From the IMG/VR virus record IMGVR_UViG_2541047960_000002: DNA of 20,197 nt; one strand, written 5' to 3'. Origin of the DNA: a virus (lineage: Duplodnaviria > Heunggongvirae > Uroviricota > Caudoviricetes). Under the pieces are notes generated by a model. It ran no database searches. It saw nothing but the letters and a program-made list of their open reading frames with translations, and was not told the origin of the DNA. The translations under genes were made by a program, and so were the position numbers. Shown in pieces: positions 10,177 to 18,612 of this stretch; position 1 is the stretch's first letter; each line of letters begins with the position of its first letter.

Positions 10177-10850
10177 TCACTGAGACACTATTAAAAGCGC
10201 GTTTTCCAGTCCAGCAAATGGATCTGATACGCCTTCTGTCTGCTCCTTCTCCCACTGAAGAAGCGCATCATTCAGTGGCACTTTGACCCCCTGCGCACCG
10301 TAAACAGCTGAAACAATCTGGGCAGCCCGGATATCAGCCCGTTCGTCCCCCAGCGGGCTGAACCTGTCAAATTCTGCCCACATCATGATTTCTGATGCGG
10401 ACATTTCCCGGCGTAACTCTGACAATGTGCGCCCCATCCTGAGCGCCAGCATCATCAGAAAACGCATCCCCGGAAGCGCTACTTTTTTTTAACCTCGCCG
10501 GCATCACTGATTAGTTCCAGAGACTGCCGAAGAAGCCGCGCATGCACCGGGCCATACACGGCAATCACCTGTTCACGATCATCCTCTGAAAATACAGGTT
10601 GCAGTCCGGTATCACACAGAACATCGATGAACAGTTCAACATCCGCTTCCAGATTTCGGCGGGCGCGCTCCGCAACGGATAACGGTGTCTCATCATCTTT
10701 TGCTTTAACGATCTCCTGCCAGCGCAACCAGGCTTCTGCAGAAGGTTCCCGTAATACAACCGTTGCCCCTTCCCATTCAGGCACATCAACAGTTTTATGG
10801 CGAAACCCCGACATCGTTGCCAGTGCCAGATTACGGATATTTTTAGTCAT
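10177..10850 (-). CDS. Tail assembly chaperone GT fusion made by programmed -1 ribosomal frameshift (lambda gpGT analogue)
   Basis: The -1 frame is open across the 3' end of G; reading from the slippery site gives ...KKK-VALPG-MRFLMMLALRMGRTLSEL..., which joins the 96-aa track ORF 10177..10467. Confidence 0.75.
10479..10850 (-). CDS. Tail assembly chaperone (lambda gpG analogue)
   Basis: Small acidic ORF immediately upstream of the tape measure gene, ending AAA AAA AAG TAG; start placed at an ATG preceded by GAGGA at 9 nt (MTKNIRNL...). An ATG at 10865 overlapping the major tail stop is the alternative. Confidence 0.8.
   Translation of the reverse strand: MTKNIRNLALATMSGFRHKTVDVPEWEGATVVLREPSAEAWLRWQEIVKAKDDETPLSVAERARRNLEADVELFIDVLCDTGLQPVFSEDDREQVIAVYGPVHARLLRQSLELISDAGEVKKK
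10482..10488 (-). promoter_or_regulatory. Slippery heptamer A_AAA_AAG for the G/GT -1 frameshift
   Basis: Minus strand GTT AAA AAA AAG TAG at the end of G; A AAA AAG is the heptamer used for -1 frameshifting in E. coli dnaX. Confidence 0.7.
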
Positions 10851-10864
10851 CACATCTATCCTCA

Positions 10865-11569
10865 TTAACTGACGGTAACAGTGCAGGAAGTAGAGGTCAC
10901 TTTGTTAACCGGGCTTGCTGAATCAGAAATCTCGCAGGTATATGCACCCGCATCACCGGATACTGCCGATGCCTTACTGAACGTTGCCGCCGTCTGTCCG
11001 GAAACAGGAGAACCACCTTTCTTCCAGACATAAGAATAAGGCGGCACACCACCCGCAGCCTCAACCGCCATTTCAAGTTTCGATCCGGAAGCAACCCGCA
11101 GCGTGCTTTTTAAATCGACCTTCACTTTCAGCGGCTCTGTCGTCAGCACAGGTTTACCTTTCAGGCGCAGAGAAAACGTTGCAGCCACAACACCATTGGT
11201 TCCTGCAGACCAGGTATGCTGACGCACCTCTGCCATAAAGGTAAATCCGTTGCCTGACGGAAAAATAACTTTAAAGCCATACGTGGTGTCATTGTCATAG
11301 GCACTGCGCAACGCGTTCTGGGCAGCATTGAGGTAAAAGTTGCCTGACATGGAAATCTCTGAAGCAGCACCAAGGCCGTTAATATTTTCCTGCTCAACAG
11401 AACACAGCGTGGTGACATCAATATCCTGCTTTTGTCCTGCAGTAAACTGCACCTCTTTGATTGTACAGCTCAGGCCAAGATAGCTGGCAGAATCCAGGGT
11501 TTCTGCTGTTACCGGTGCAGACGAAATCATAATTTTCGTCAGTTGCGAACGCTCAAAATTAGAGGACAT
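10865..11569 (-). CDS. Major tail protein with C-terminal Ig-like (Big_2-type) domain
   Basis: Position between the tail terminator gene and G/GT; Ig-like C-terminal segment (VPPYSYVWKKGGSPVSGQTAATFSKASAVSGDAGAYTCEISD). Start placed at ATG MSSNFERSQ with AGGAG at 6 nt; an in-frame ATG at 11620 with GAGG is the alternative, but the sequence between them forms a terminator-like hairpin. Confidence 0.8.
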   Translation of the reverse strand: MSSNFERSQLTKIMISSAPVTAETLDSASYLGLSCTIKEVQFTAGQKQDIDVTTLCSVEQENINGLGAASEISMSGNFYLNAAQNALRSAYDNDTTYGFKVIFPSGNGFTFMAEVRQHTWSAGTNGVVAATFSLRLKGKPVLTTEPLKVKVDLKSTLRVASGSKLEMAVEAAGGVPPYSYVWKKGGSPVSGQTAATFSKASAVSGDAGAYTCEISDSASPVNKVTSTSCTVTVS

Positions 11570-11581
11570 ACTCGTCTCCTG

Positions 11582-11607
11582 AAAATAAAAAACCCGCCAG
11601 CGGCGGG
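11582..11607 (-). terminator. Terminator-like hairpin and T-tract immediately upstream of the major tail protein ribosome-binding site
   Basis: Minus strand reads CCCGCC-gct-GGCGGG followed by TTTTTTATTTT and then AGGAG and the ATG. Confidence 0.45.
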
Positions 11608-11628
11608 TGGGTAAAATCATTAACGACC

Positions 11629-11973
11629 TCAGGCTATTACCTGAAATTCAAGCGTGGCTCTGCTCAGACGGGAGTCAGGATCATACCCCTGCGTTTTAGA
11701 AATAACGGAGGGTGCCAGTTTCCTTACTGCATCAAGCGCCTGCTCACGAATATCATCTGCGTCATCAGGTACTGTCGCCCAGACATCGATCTGCACGGTA
11801 ATTCTGGATTCAGCCTGCCCATCAAGCACATCAGATGCCGTGTCAGACACCACAGAAAACACCAGCCACGGCGGAGATACCGCAGGCTTTCCCTCCGTCA
11901 GCGGGACCACATAAGGATAAACCTGTCCTCCGGCCAGCTGAGACAACAGGGAATACAGTGTGCCCTCCCTCAT
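11629..11973 (-). CDS. Tail terminator / tail completion protein (lambda gpU analogue; putative)
   Basis: 114-aa ORF with ATG start and GAGG Shine-Dalgarno, overlapping the upstream gene stop (ATGA); assigned by its position just before the major tail gene. Weak family assignment. Confidence 0.6.
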   Translation of the reverse strand: MREGTLYSLLSQLAGGQVYPYVVPLTEGKPAVSPPWLVFSVVSDTASDVLDGQAESRITVQIDVWATVPDDADDIREQALDAVRKLAPSVISKTQGYDPDSRLSRATLEFQVIA

Positions 11974-12416
11974 TTACTTAAGACCTCATCAATAGCCTGA
12001 TTCATTCGCTGTATGGCAACCTGCGCCGCCAGCTCCTCTGTCGTATCGAAAGCCGGGCGAATGAATGGATGCGCGGGCATGTTTATCGTTCCCAGCTCCA
12101 CAAAGCGCCAGTAAAATGCATTTCGGGGATCGCTGGCTTTCATGCTGTTATCACTGTTTCCGGTTCGCAGGTTCCGTCCGCGAATGTGGACACCCGAGAT
12201 AATTTCCCCCCGACGCTTTGAACGCTGAGTGAGAACAACCACATTTTTCTTCAGTTTCCCGGTTCGCTCCGGCGCACGTTCAACAACTGCATCCCGCATA
12301 ACTTCAGCACCGGCACGGGTGGCATCGCGCAGAACCTTATTGTTTTCTGCCCTGCTGAGCGTCTCCAGATCCCGTGCAATATCCGCCAGGCCGGAAAAAT
12401 CAAGACTGAAATCCAT
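11970..12416 (-). CDS. HK97 gp10-family head-tail joining (neck) protein
   Basis: About 148 aa with motifs typical of the gp10 family (N-terminal GLADIARDLETL, C-terminal FYWRFVELGT); ATG overlaps the adaptor stop (TGATG). Confidence 0.75.
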   Translation of the reverse strand: MDFSLDFSGLADIARDLETLSRAENNKVLRDATRAGAEVMRDAVVERAPERTGKLKKNVVVLTQRSKRRGEIISGVHIRGRNLRTGNSDNSMKASDPRNAFYWRFVELGTINMPAHPFIRPAFDTTEELAAQVAIQRMNQAIDEVLSK

Positions 12417-12754
12417 CACACATTCCCCTTCAGGCTGCAGAGTATTTCAAGCCGGGTAGCGCGTGCATCCGGTATTGGTGGACCTTCTATACCCAGAATG
12501 GCCCCTTTAAATGCACCGGTCAGCACTTTCAGACGTGAAGTCGCTGTCACATCGCGCCGGAATCTCATCCAGACTCTGACCGTAGCCTGAGCGGTTTCTG
12601 CTCCGCCTGAGATTATCTCCCTCCCGCTGATACCCTTAACTTCTGCCCATACGGTAGCTCCCTCCGTCACCGTCTCCACCGGATGCCCTGACGGAGAGCG
12701 GGCGGTGGTGACATTCAGAATAATTACGCGATCACGTAATCTGCCCGCCTGCAT
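12416..12754 (-). CDS. Head-tail adaptor / head closure protein (Phage_H_T_join, SPP1 gp16-like)
   Basis: 112 aa, begins MQAGRLRDRVIIL, with AGGAGG Shine-Dalgarno; size and position typical of the family. Confidence 0.75.
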   Translation of the reverse strand: MQAGRLRDRVIILNVTTARSPSGHPVETVTEGATVWAEVKGISGREIISGGAETAQATVRVWMRFRRDVTATSRLKVLTGAFKGAILGIEGPPIPDARATRLEILCSLKGNV

Positions 12755-12762
12755 GTCTCCTC

Positions 12763-13080
12763 CTACAAAGGAATAAAACGATAAGGCTCCAGCAGAGAAG
12801 AAAAACCAAACGGGACTGGTGCCTTGCTGACATCTGAGGAATTTTCCCGGTTTTCGTACCAGTGCCCGACCAGCAACATGAGCGCCAGCAAAACATCATC
12901 AGCTATAAGCACCCCTTCAGGATCACCTTCCGGCACCGTCTCCTCATAAAGCTTACGGTTGATAAAATTTTCTGCCTTGCGGCAGGCAGCCCGGAAATAC
13001 AGCATCAGTAACTCATCATCAGTTGCATCATCTGTATCAATACGGCACTGCGCCCTGAGTTTTTCCACTATTGCTGCCAT
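12763..13080 (-). CDS. Head-tail connector / DNA-packaging protein (HK97 gp6-like)
   Basis: Start placed at the internal ATG (MAAIVEKLRAQ...) preceded by AGGAG; the track ORF extends upstream across the terminator and 100 nt into the capsid gene, which is an ORF-calling artifact. Confidence 0.75.
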   Translation of the reverse strand: MAAIVEKLRAQCRIDTDDATDDELLMLYFRAACRKAENFINRKLYEETVPEGDPEGVLIADDVLLALMLLVGHWYENRENSSDVSKAPVPFGFSSLLEPYRFIPL

Positions 13081-13113
13081 CAGAAACTCCTGCCCGCAAC
13101 ACTGTGCGGGCAT

Positions 13114-13136
13114 AAAAAAACCGCGTCGGCGCGGTC
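13114..13136 (-). terminator. Rho-independent terminator immediately downstream of the major capsid gene
   Basis: Minus strand reads ACCGCG-ccga-CGCGGT followed by TTTTTTT, 20 nt after the capsid TAA; a second hairpin (CCCGCA...TGCGGG) follows, before the connector ribosome-binding site. Confidence 0.6.
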
Positions 13137-13156
13137 TGTAACTGAACAACGAGTGG

Positions 13157-14374
13157 TTATTTGCCAGTGAGCGCCTTGATGGCTGCCACATCTTCCAGCA
13201 CACAGTCAAAACGATGGAAAGCCAGAAATGCCACCTGATCAAACTCAGCATAACGCTCAACCAGACGTTTCAGTTCCATATAAGTAACGCGGCGAATGAT
13301 AAAGCGGTTGAAATCCCCCAGGAAAATGAATTTTTTTCCGGTACCAATCCCGTCAATAGCCTGATCAATAACATAAGGGATCCCCAGCACAGTAGCCGGC
13401 GTACCGCCTGCAATATCCGGCAGCCATAACGGGCGTTTCTGCCCATCCTCCATCTCTTCAATAGTCTGCAATGTGGCATCATTGAATGCCCAGCGGTATT
13501 TCGGCCCACCACGATATGCCGGATCAATGGCATGTTTCAGGGCATTCATTTCTTTCCAGGTGAAAGCGGCAGAGGCTGCAGTCTGGATGGTTCCCGTCAC
13601 CGACGCTGCCAGCCCTTTTGGCTGTAACGGTGATCCCGTTCCGGTCCCCTGAACCAGATATTTTGCCTCTCCACGACCAATACGCTGGGCAATACGGTTT
13701 GCCAGATAAGATTCAATATCCACCCCACTGTCCTGGAGCAGCTCATTGGACACACGAATTATTTTTGATGACAGCTTTTTAGCCCCCAGAATAGCGGTCC
13801 CGAACGTCACATCCTGTTCCGTTGCGGCTGTATTTTCCGCCAGCAGTTCGCCCTCTTCAGTCGTGCCATCAGACGTTGACCAGGTGATATCCTGCCCGGT
13901 TGATGTGGTCAGAAGTTGCGCCACACTGGCAATCCCGCCATAAGCCTTCATGGTGTCAATGATTTTGTTACGCATCTGCGTGGGCACCGTATATCCGCCC
14001 TGAGAATCCGTTGTTACACTCTGAGCCCGCAGTTCACGCATCAGATTACGCTCTTCAGCATTCAGTTCTGCAAATCCGGCACGCAGAAAACGGTTAAATG
14101 CCGCAGCGCGCTTCTCTTCCACCGCCTTTTTCCCGTTCTCCGCCTCATTATTCTGGCGCTCTTCCGGCCCGGACTCATCCACATATGCCTGATCCTGACG
14201 GCGCAACTCTTCTTCACGGGCGATTTGCTCATCCAGCGCATCCAGCTCAGCTTTCGCCCTGTTCCACTCTGCCCGTTGCTCATCAGTCCATGCGTTATCA
14301 CCAATTTTTTCATGCAGTGCACGCATATCCTTTGCAATGGTGTTTCGTTTTTGCTTCATCTCATGAAGTTTCAT
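13157..14374 (-). CDS. Major capsid protein, HK97 fold, with N-terminal delta (scaffold) domain
   Basis: 405 aa; charged coiled-coil N-terminal ~100 aa (EQRAEWNRAKAELDALDEQIAREEELRRQ) typical of an HK97 gp5 delta domain; directly follows the prohead protease; ATG with AGGA. Confidence 0.93.
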   Translation of the reverse strand: MKLHEMKQKRNTIAKDMRALHEKIGDNAWTDEQRAEWNRAKAELDALDEQIAREEELRRQDQAYVDESGPEERQNNEAENGKKAVEEKRAAAFNRFLRAGFAELNAEERNLMRELRAQSVTTDSQGGYTVPTQMRNKIIDTMKAYGGIASVAQLLTTSTGQDITWSTSDGTTEEGELLAENTAATEQDVTFGTAILGAKKLSSKIIRVSNELLQDSGVDIESYLANRIAQRIGRGEAKYLVQGTGTGSPLQPKGLAASVTGTIQTAASAAFTWKEMNALKHAIDPAYRGGPKYRWAFNDATLQTIEEMEDGQKRPLWLPDIAGGTPATVLGIPYVIDQAIDGIGTGKKFIFLGDFNRFIIRRVTYMELKRLVERYAEFDQVAFLAFHRFDCVLEDVAAIKALTGK

Positions 14375-14388
14375 CGTCAGTAGTATCC

Positions 14389-14988
14389 TTATGCATTAAG
14401 AAGGGTCAAAAGACGCTCACGCGCCATTCGTTCGTTAACAGCTTTCTTCAGCGCACCACTCGCCCGCGCTTCCTGCCAGGCTTTCATTGAGCGGACACCA
14501 GAGTCTGCGTCCTGATAGGCCGGATATGTCACCGGGCTGACGTCATACAGACGAGAAATGCGCGTGATTTCCCGGATAACAATCCCCTCGTCGTCTTCAT
14601 ACCAGCTCTCTCCGTCACGGGCGACACGAAACGCGAACGAGGACTGATTAATGTCACCACGCAACATTGGAGACAGCACCAGGTCACAAATAGTCGGAGT
14701 ATCCGGTGCAACAATGTCATAACGTAAACCGCGTTCATCCACCGACAATGACAACGTGCCGGCAGAACTTCGTCCGAGAATGAAATTAGGATCATGATTA
14801 AACAAGCCACGTACATCATCATTCAGTACATCATCAAAAGCCCCCGGCTTGATGATTTCACGAAGTCCCCACAGAGGTTCTGAACGACTGTTAAATACCG
14901 AGCCATACCCCAGAATGTGGGTCGGGGCATTATCATATTGTTCCGCCCGCACCTCCCCGCTGTAACAGCGCGTTTCACGGTCATTCAT
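14389..14988 (-). CDS. Prohead maturation protease (HK97 gp4 / S78 family)
   Basis: 199 aa between portal and capsid genes; ATG overlaps the portal stop (ATGAATGA). Confidence 0.88.
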   Translation of the reverse strand: MNDRETRCYSGEVRAEQYDNAPTHILGYGSVFNSRSEPLWGLREIIKPGAFDDVLNDDVRGLFNHDPNFILGRSSAGTLSLSVDERGLRYDIVAPDTPTICDLVLSPMLRGDINQSSFAFRVARDGESWYEDDEGIVIREITRISRLYDVSPVTYPAYQDADSGVRSMKAWQEARASGALKKAVNERMARERLLTLLNA

Positions 14989-16207
14989 CGTTCTTTTCCT
15001 CTTTGCCTTTCGTATCTTTAAAGTTATTCAACGGATTTGCTGCATTTACGCTGACCAGCATTTCATCCAGACCGTCAACCGGGTTCATATCCTCAAATGC
15101 CCTGGCTTCATTCCGACTCATCCAGCCATCTGTAATGGCAAAGTGATAGAACTGCGCACGCTCCTGTGGGGTCCCACGGAGCAACCCCGTGAGGTTGAAA
15201 CGAACGTAATACCCGGCAGCCCGTTCTGTACGGGTAAACAGGCGACGGTTAAGCTCCTGCTCCCAGTTCGCAACCCAGGGCATCATCGTGTAGCGAACAA
15301 ACTGAATCGCCTGCTGCGTAATATTCGAAAATGTGGCTTTTTCCAGGTCATTAATCATGTGCGCCGGGACATTAAAAATCCCGGCAATCATCGACCGGTT
15401 CAGCTTGGTCATATCAATGATCTGAGCATCCACCGGAGAAACTGTCAGAGCGCGGTAATCCAGTTGCGCAGGCAGCAACATGGTTTTATTTTCCTGGCTG
15501 CGAAGCGCTGTCACCGCCCGCTGCCACATATTCTTGAGCCTGCCCCAGCTTTGTTCGTTCAGTTCATTTTTCACAGAAATAATACCGGCAGGACGGGCAT
15601 TACCGTTAAAAAAGGCGCTGGTATACTGCTGGCCACTCATTCCCATACCAATGGTTTCAGCATGCTGCATGATCGGGCTCAGTCCCATTTTCTGATTGTT
15701 TCCCAGCGCCCTGATATGGATCATGTCGTCCGGACTTACCGCAAATGCACCCTCTTCGTTATACACCCCGTAAGTATGACGCCCACCGGTGTTAAGTAAC
15801 GTGGTTTCCCATGGCATACAGCATTCAAGGCTGGTAACCTCTCCACGACGATTACGTTTTACCCACGTATAACCATTGCCCCACCCCAGCACATGACGCT
15901 GCTTCAGTTCCCGCCACTTATAGCTGGTCTGCCAGGCATTAGGTTCATCATGAACGAGCCAGAACAACGGATGATCGCGTGCCGGCTGAACATGCTCATT
16001 CGTTTTTCGCATCACATGCAGGGGCATCTGAGCCACACTGGATGAAATAACATAAATACAGGCATAGACAGCAGCCAGCTTCATGGATGTTTCCGGACTG
16101 ACATACACATCCCGGGCAAAAATATTATCCGTCTCAGCGGCCTCTCCGGTTACCGGAACCGAGGGATTTTCCAGAGGCTCACTGCGAAACAGAGCATCAA
16201 GAAGCAT
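14981..16207 (-). CDS. Portal protein (HK97 family)
   Basis: 408 aa, ATG start, positioned between the large terminase and the prohead protease. Confidence 0.93.
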   Translation of the reverse strand: MLLDALFRSEPLENPSVPVTGEAAETDNIFARDVYVSPETSMKLAAVYACIYVISSSVAQMPLHVMRKTNEHVQPARDHPLFWLVHDEPNAWQTSYKWRELKQRHVLGWGNGYTWVKRNRRGEVTSLECCMPWETTLLNTGGRHTYGVYNEEGAFAVSPDDMIHIRALGNNQKMGLSPIMQHAETIGMGMSGQQYTSAFFNGNARPAGIISVKNELNEQSWGRLKNMWQRAVTALRSQENKTMLLPAQLDYRALTVSPVDAQIIDMTKLNRSMIAGIFNVPAHMINDLEKATFSNITQQAIQFVRYTMMPWVANWEQELNRRLFTRTERAAGYYVRFNLTGLLRGTPQERAQFYHFAITDGWMSRNEARAFEDMNPVDGLDEMLVSVNAANPLNNFKDTKGKEEKNDE

Positions 16208-16337
16208 GTTTTCTCCTCATGGACACCACCAGTGCATAAAGCAGCAACAAACAGCCCGACAGCATCAGAGACGCTGGCAGACCTGCATACAGATAAACGC
16301 CAGCAGTGAGCAAACCGAAACCGATCAGCCCGGTCAT
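16197..16337 (-). CDS. Hypothetical small membrane protein (46 aa) between large terminase and portal; candidate only
   Basis: Hand-translated ATG-initiated ORF: MTGLIGFGLLTAGVYLYAGLPASLMLSGCLLLLYALVVSMRRKHAS, with two hydrophobic stretches and a basic C-terminus; fills an otherwise unexplained 147-nt gap and its stop overlaps the portal ATG. No clear Shine-Dalgarno; below the ORF track length cutoff. Confidence 0.3.
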   Translation of the reverse strand: MTGLIGFGLLTAGVYLYAGLPASLMLSGCLLLLYALVVSMRRKHAS

Positions 16338-16354
16338 ATCAGTAATAAGCTGTT

Positions 16355-18112
16355 TCACAGAATTAACAGGTCCTCATCAGGATCAAGCGTGGACAGAAAG
16401 TCATTCACGCCCCCTCCATTTACCAGAAAGCGGCTCATGGCTGTAAAAAGCGCAACAGGGCCGTCGATTTTGGCTTCCGGCGTGGATTTATTCGGGAAGA
16501 TGTTGTCGTTTTTGTCCGGTTTTACAGTAACGTTAGACATCATCCAGTTCATGACCGGATGATTGCTGTGATGGAAACGCCCGGCATAAACCAGTGATTC
16601 CGTTTCCTTCATGGCCTCTGACAGATTGCGGACCGTCTGCGGAACCTCCACCAGCGGTATCCCTTCTTCAGCCAGTGCCAGGCTGAACTGCATTGCGCTC
16701 CACGGGTCAAATCCCAGTTCCCTGAGGTTTTCACCGCCAATCCATTCCAGTAAGTCACTTTTTATCTGAGCATGATCGATAACATCACCATCCGTCAGGA
16801 TGAGCTTATCCATCTCCGCCCACTTCCGGTAAAGTTCTGCCTGCTGCCGCGAGCATCGTTCCAGCCGTCCTTCCGGAAGCCAGAATTTAAAATCAGCATG
16901 AACATGTCCGTTATCGGTTCGCCAGAGTTTTGCCGCCGCACAGATATCAATCTTATGAGCAAGGTCGACGCCGACCCACATGGGATATGTTTTCAGCTCA
17001 TGTTGTGGAGCAATGTATTCGCACTTCTCCCACTTAATCATATCCATCCAGGCAGATTCGGCAGTGACCCACACATTCATGTGTTTGGTAAAAAAATTCA
17101 CCCGCGCAGAGACCTGCTCCTTCGCTTTTTTCGCCAGACGACGCAGATCATCCCAGCGTTTACAGATGCCCAGGCCAGGATTCGCTTTCTGCCAGACCGT
17201 TTCATCAAACGGATCATCTCCCTCATCAAGCGTGTAAATGATCGCAAAGTAAGAGTCGTCTTTTACAGCGCCCTCCACGTCGCTGTTATAGCCTCGCAAT
17301 ACCTTGATGGCGTAATCACGCTGCTCGTAACAAATCCCTTCCTTGTTAAAGCCAGCCGTGGTGATACCAAATAACAGGGACTGCAGACGGGCACCGGTTG
17401 CCGTTTCCAGAACGTCCCACACGTCGCGGGTTTTATGTGCATGCAGCTCATCAATAATGGCGCAGTGGATGTTCAGACCGTCCAGGTTGTTTGCATCCGA
17501 GGAAAGCGGTTCAAATTTTGATGCGCTCTGCTCCTGGTAAATCGCCAGCTTGTTGAAATCAAACAACCGCCCGAGTGTCGACCGGGCTTTTCTGACCATA
17601 TTTTTGGCGTCTTCAAACACGATTCTGGCCTGGTCACGCGTGGTTGCGGCTGAATACACCTCAGCTCCGCCTTCACTATCTGCCCCCGTCATATACAGGC
17701 CGATACCCGATGACAGTGTTGATTTTGCGTTTTTACGGGCGACTTCGTTGTACGCCGTCCGGAACCGGCGCACCATCACCGGACGTCCGCTGCCATCGCT
17801 GCGCATGACAACTTCCCCGGTTTCTTCATTGACCAGCGGAATGACAAAACCAAAAATATTAATGAGGATAAATACATGCCAGTCCATCAACTCAATGGGC
17901 TGGCCTGCCAGTGCCCCTTTTACATGAGGCACAAATTTGTAGAAATTCAGGATGTGCTGCGCACGGGGTTCACTGAAATAAATCCCCCGCTTTTCGCCGT
18001 ACTTCAGATCATCAAGAAAACGCTGGCAGGCCAGGCGGACAAATTCGCCAGCAACAATTTCTCCTGCAACAACACGTTCGGCGTAGCGGATCCCGTCAGC
18101 CACTTTTGCCAT
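16355..18112 (-). CDS. Terminase large subunit (Terminase_1 / HK97-type)
   Basis: 585 aa; ATG overlaps the small terminase stop (ATGA); followed by portal, protease and capsid genes in the HK97 order. Confidence 0.93.
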   Translation of the reverse strand: MAKVADGIRYAERVVAGEIVAGEFVRLACQRFLDDLKYGEKRGIYFSEPRAQHILNFYKFVPHVKGALAGQPIELMDWHVFILINIFGFVIPLVNEETGEVVMRSDGSGRPVMVRRFRTAYNEVARKNAKSTLSSGIGLYMTGADSEGGAEVYSAATTRDQARIVFEDAKNMVRKARSTLGRLFDFNKLAIYQEQSASKFEPLSSDANNLDGLNIHCAIIDELHAHKTRDVWDVLETATGARLQSLLFGITTAGFNKEGICYEQRDYAIKVLRGYNSDVEGAVKDDSYFAIIYTLDEGDDPFDETVWQKANPGLGICKRWDDLRRLAKKAKEQVSARVNFFTKHMNVWVTAESAWMDMIKWEKCEYIAPQHELKTYPMWVGVDLAHKIDICAAAKLWRTDNGHVHADFKFWLPEGRLERCSRQQAELYRKWAEMDKLILTDGDVIDHAQIKSDLLEWIGGENLRELGFDPWSAMQFSLALAEEGIPLVEVPQTVRNLSEAMKETESLVYAGRFHHSNHPVMNWMMSNVTVKPDKNDNIFPNKSTPEAKIDGPVALFTAMSRFLVNGGGVNDFLSTLDPDEDLLIL

Positions 18113-18612
18113 CAGTCTCTCGCTTTTAAAAGCTCTGCCAGCGGATCAACATTATCCGGTCCGGCGGTATTTACTTTTGCCCGGCTTGCCGGTGACATAC
18201 CAAATTCTGCAAGCATCGCCCGGATCCGCTTCCAGGCATCCGCTTTCATCGCAGCAGCCGGGTGTGCCTTAATCAGCACATCACCGTTCTGCGTTTCCGA
18301 GCGGTAGGTGTACCCCTCAACATCGAGTGTTTCGCAGTGATGCCGGTATTCGGTATAGGCTTCCACCAGTAGCTCAAGCGCACGCGCATCAAGCTGAGAA
18401 ATGATCCCTTCCGCATTCAGCTCTTCCGCCATTCGCCTGAACCAGTACTTCCCCTGCGCCCCTAAATGTTGCGGAATTTTAGGGAGACCTTTTTCATCCT
18501 TTTTAGCGGTTTTTTTGAGGTCTTTAACTGGCCGCTTTGAGGGGTTGCCTCGTATCAAATGCAGGCGTGCGGGATTTTCGGGGGTCCAGACATAATCGGT
18601 TTTACCTATCAA
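18112..18612 (-). CDS. Terminase small subunit (P27 family)
   Basis: 166 aa with an N-terminal LIRGNPSKRP motif resembling the GNPGKRP signature of P27-family small terminases. The only in-frame start codons near the N-terminus are TTG (at 18612 and at codon 19), so the start is uncertain. Confidence 0.78.
   Translation of the reverse strand: MIGKTDYVWTPENPARLHLIRGNPSKRPVKDLKKTAKKDEKGLPKIPQHLGAQGKYWFRRMAEELNAEGIISQLDARALELLVEAYTEYRHHCETLDVEGYTYRSETQNGDVLIKAHPAAAMKADAWKRIRAMLAEFGMSPASRAKVNTAGPDNVDPLAELLKARD

Noticed and set aside
13081-13260. N-terminal 60 codons of track ORF 12763..13260
   Set aside because: This extension reads through the capsid 3' end and the post-capsid terminator hairpin; the downstream ATG at 13080 has an AGGAG ribosome-binding site, so the extension is an ORF-calling artifact. 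The same reasoning removes the upstream extensions of K (5855..5896) and M (6899..6943).
15143-15799. 218-aa plus-strand ORF
   Set aside because: Antisense to the portal gene; no support.
16772-17374. 200-aa plus-strand ORF
   Set aside because: Antisense to the large terminase gene; no support.
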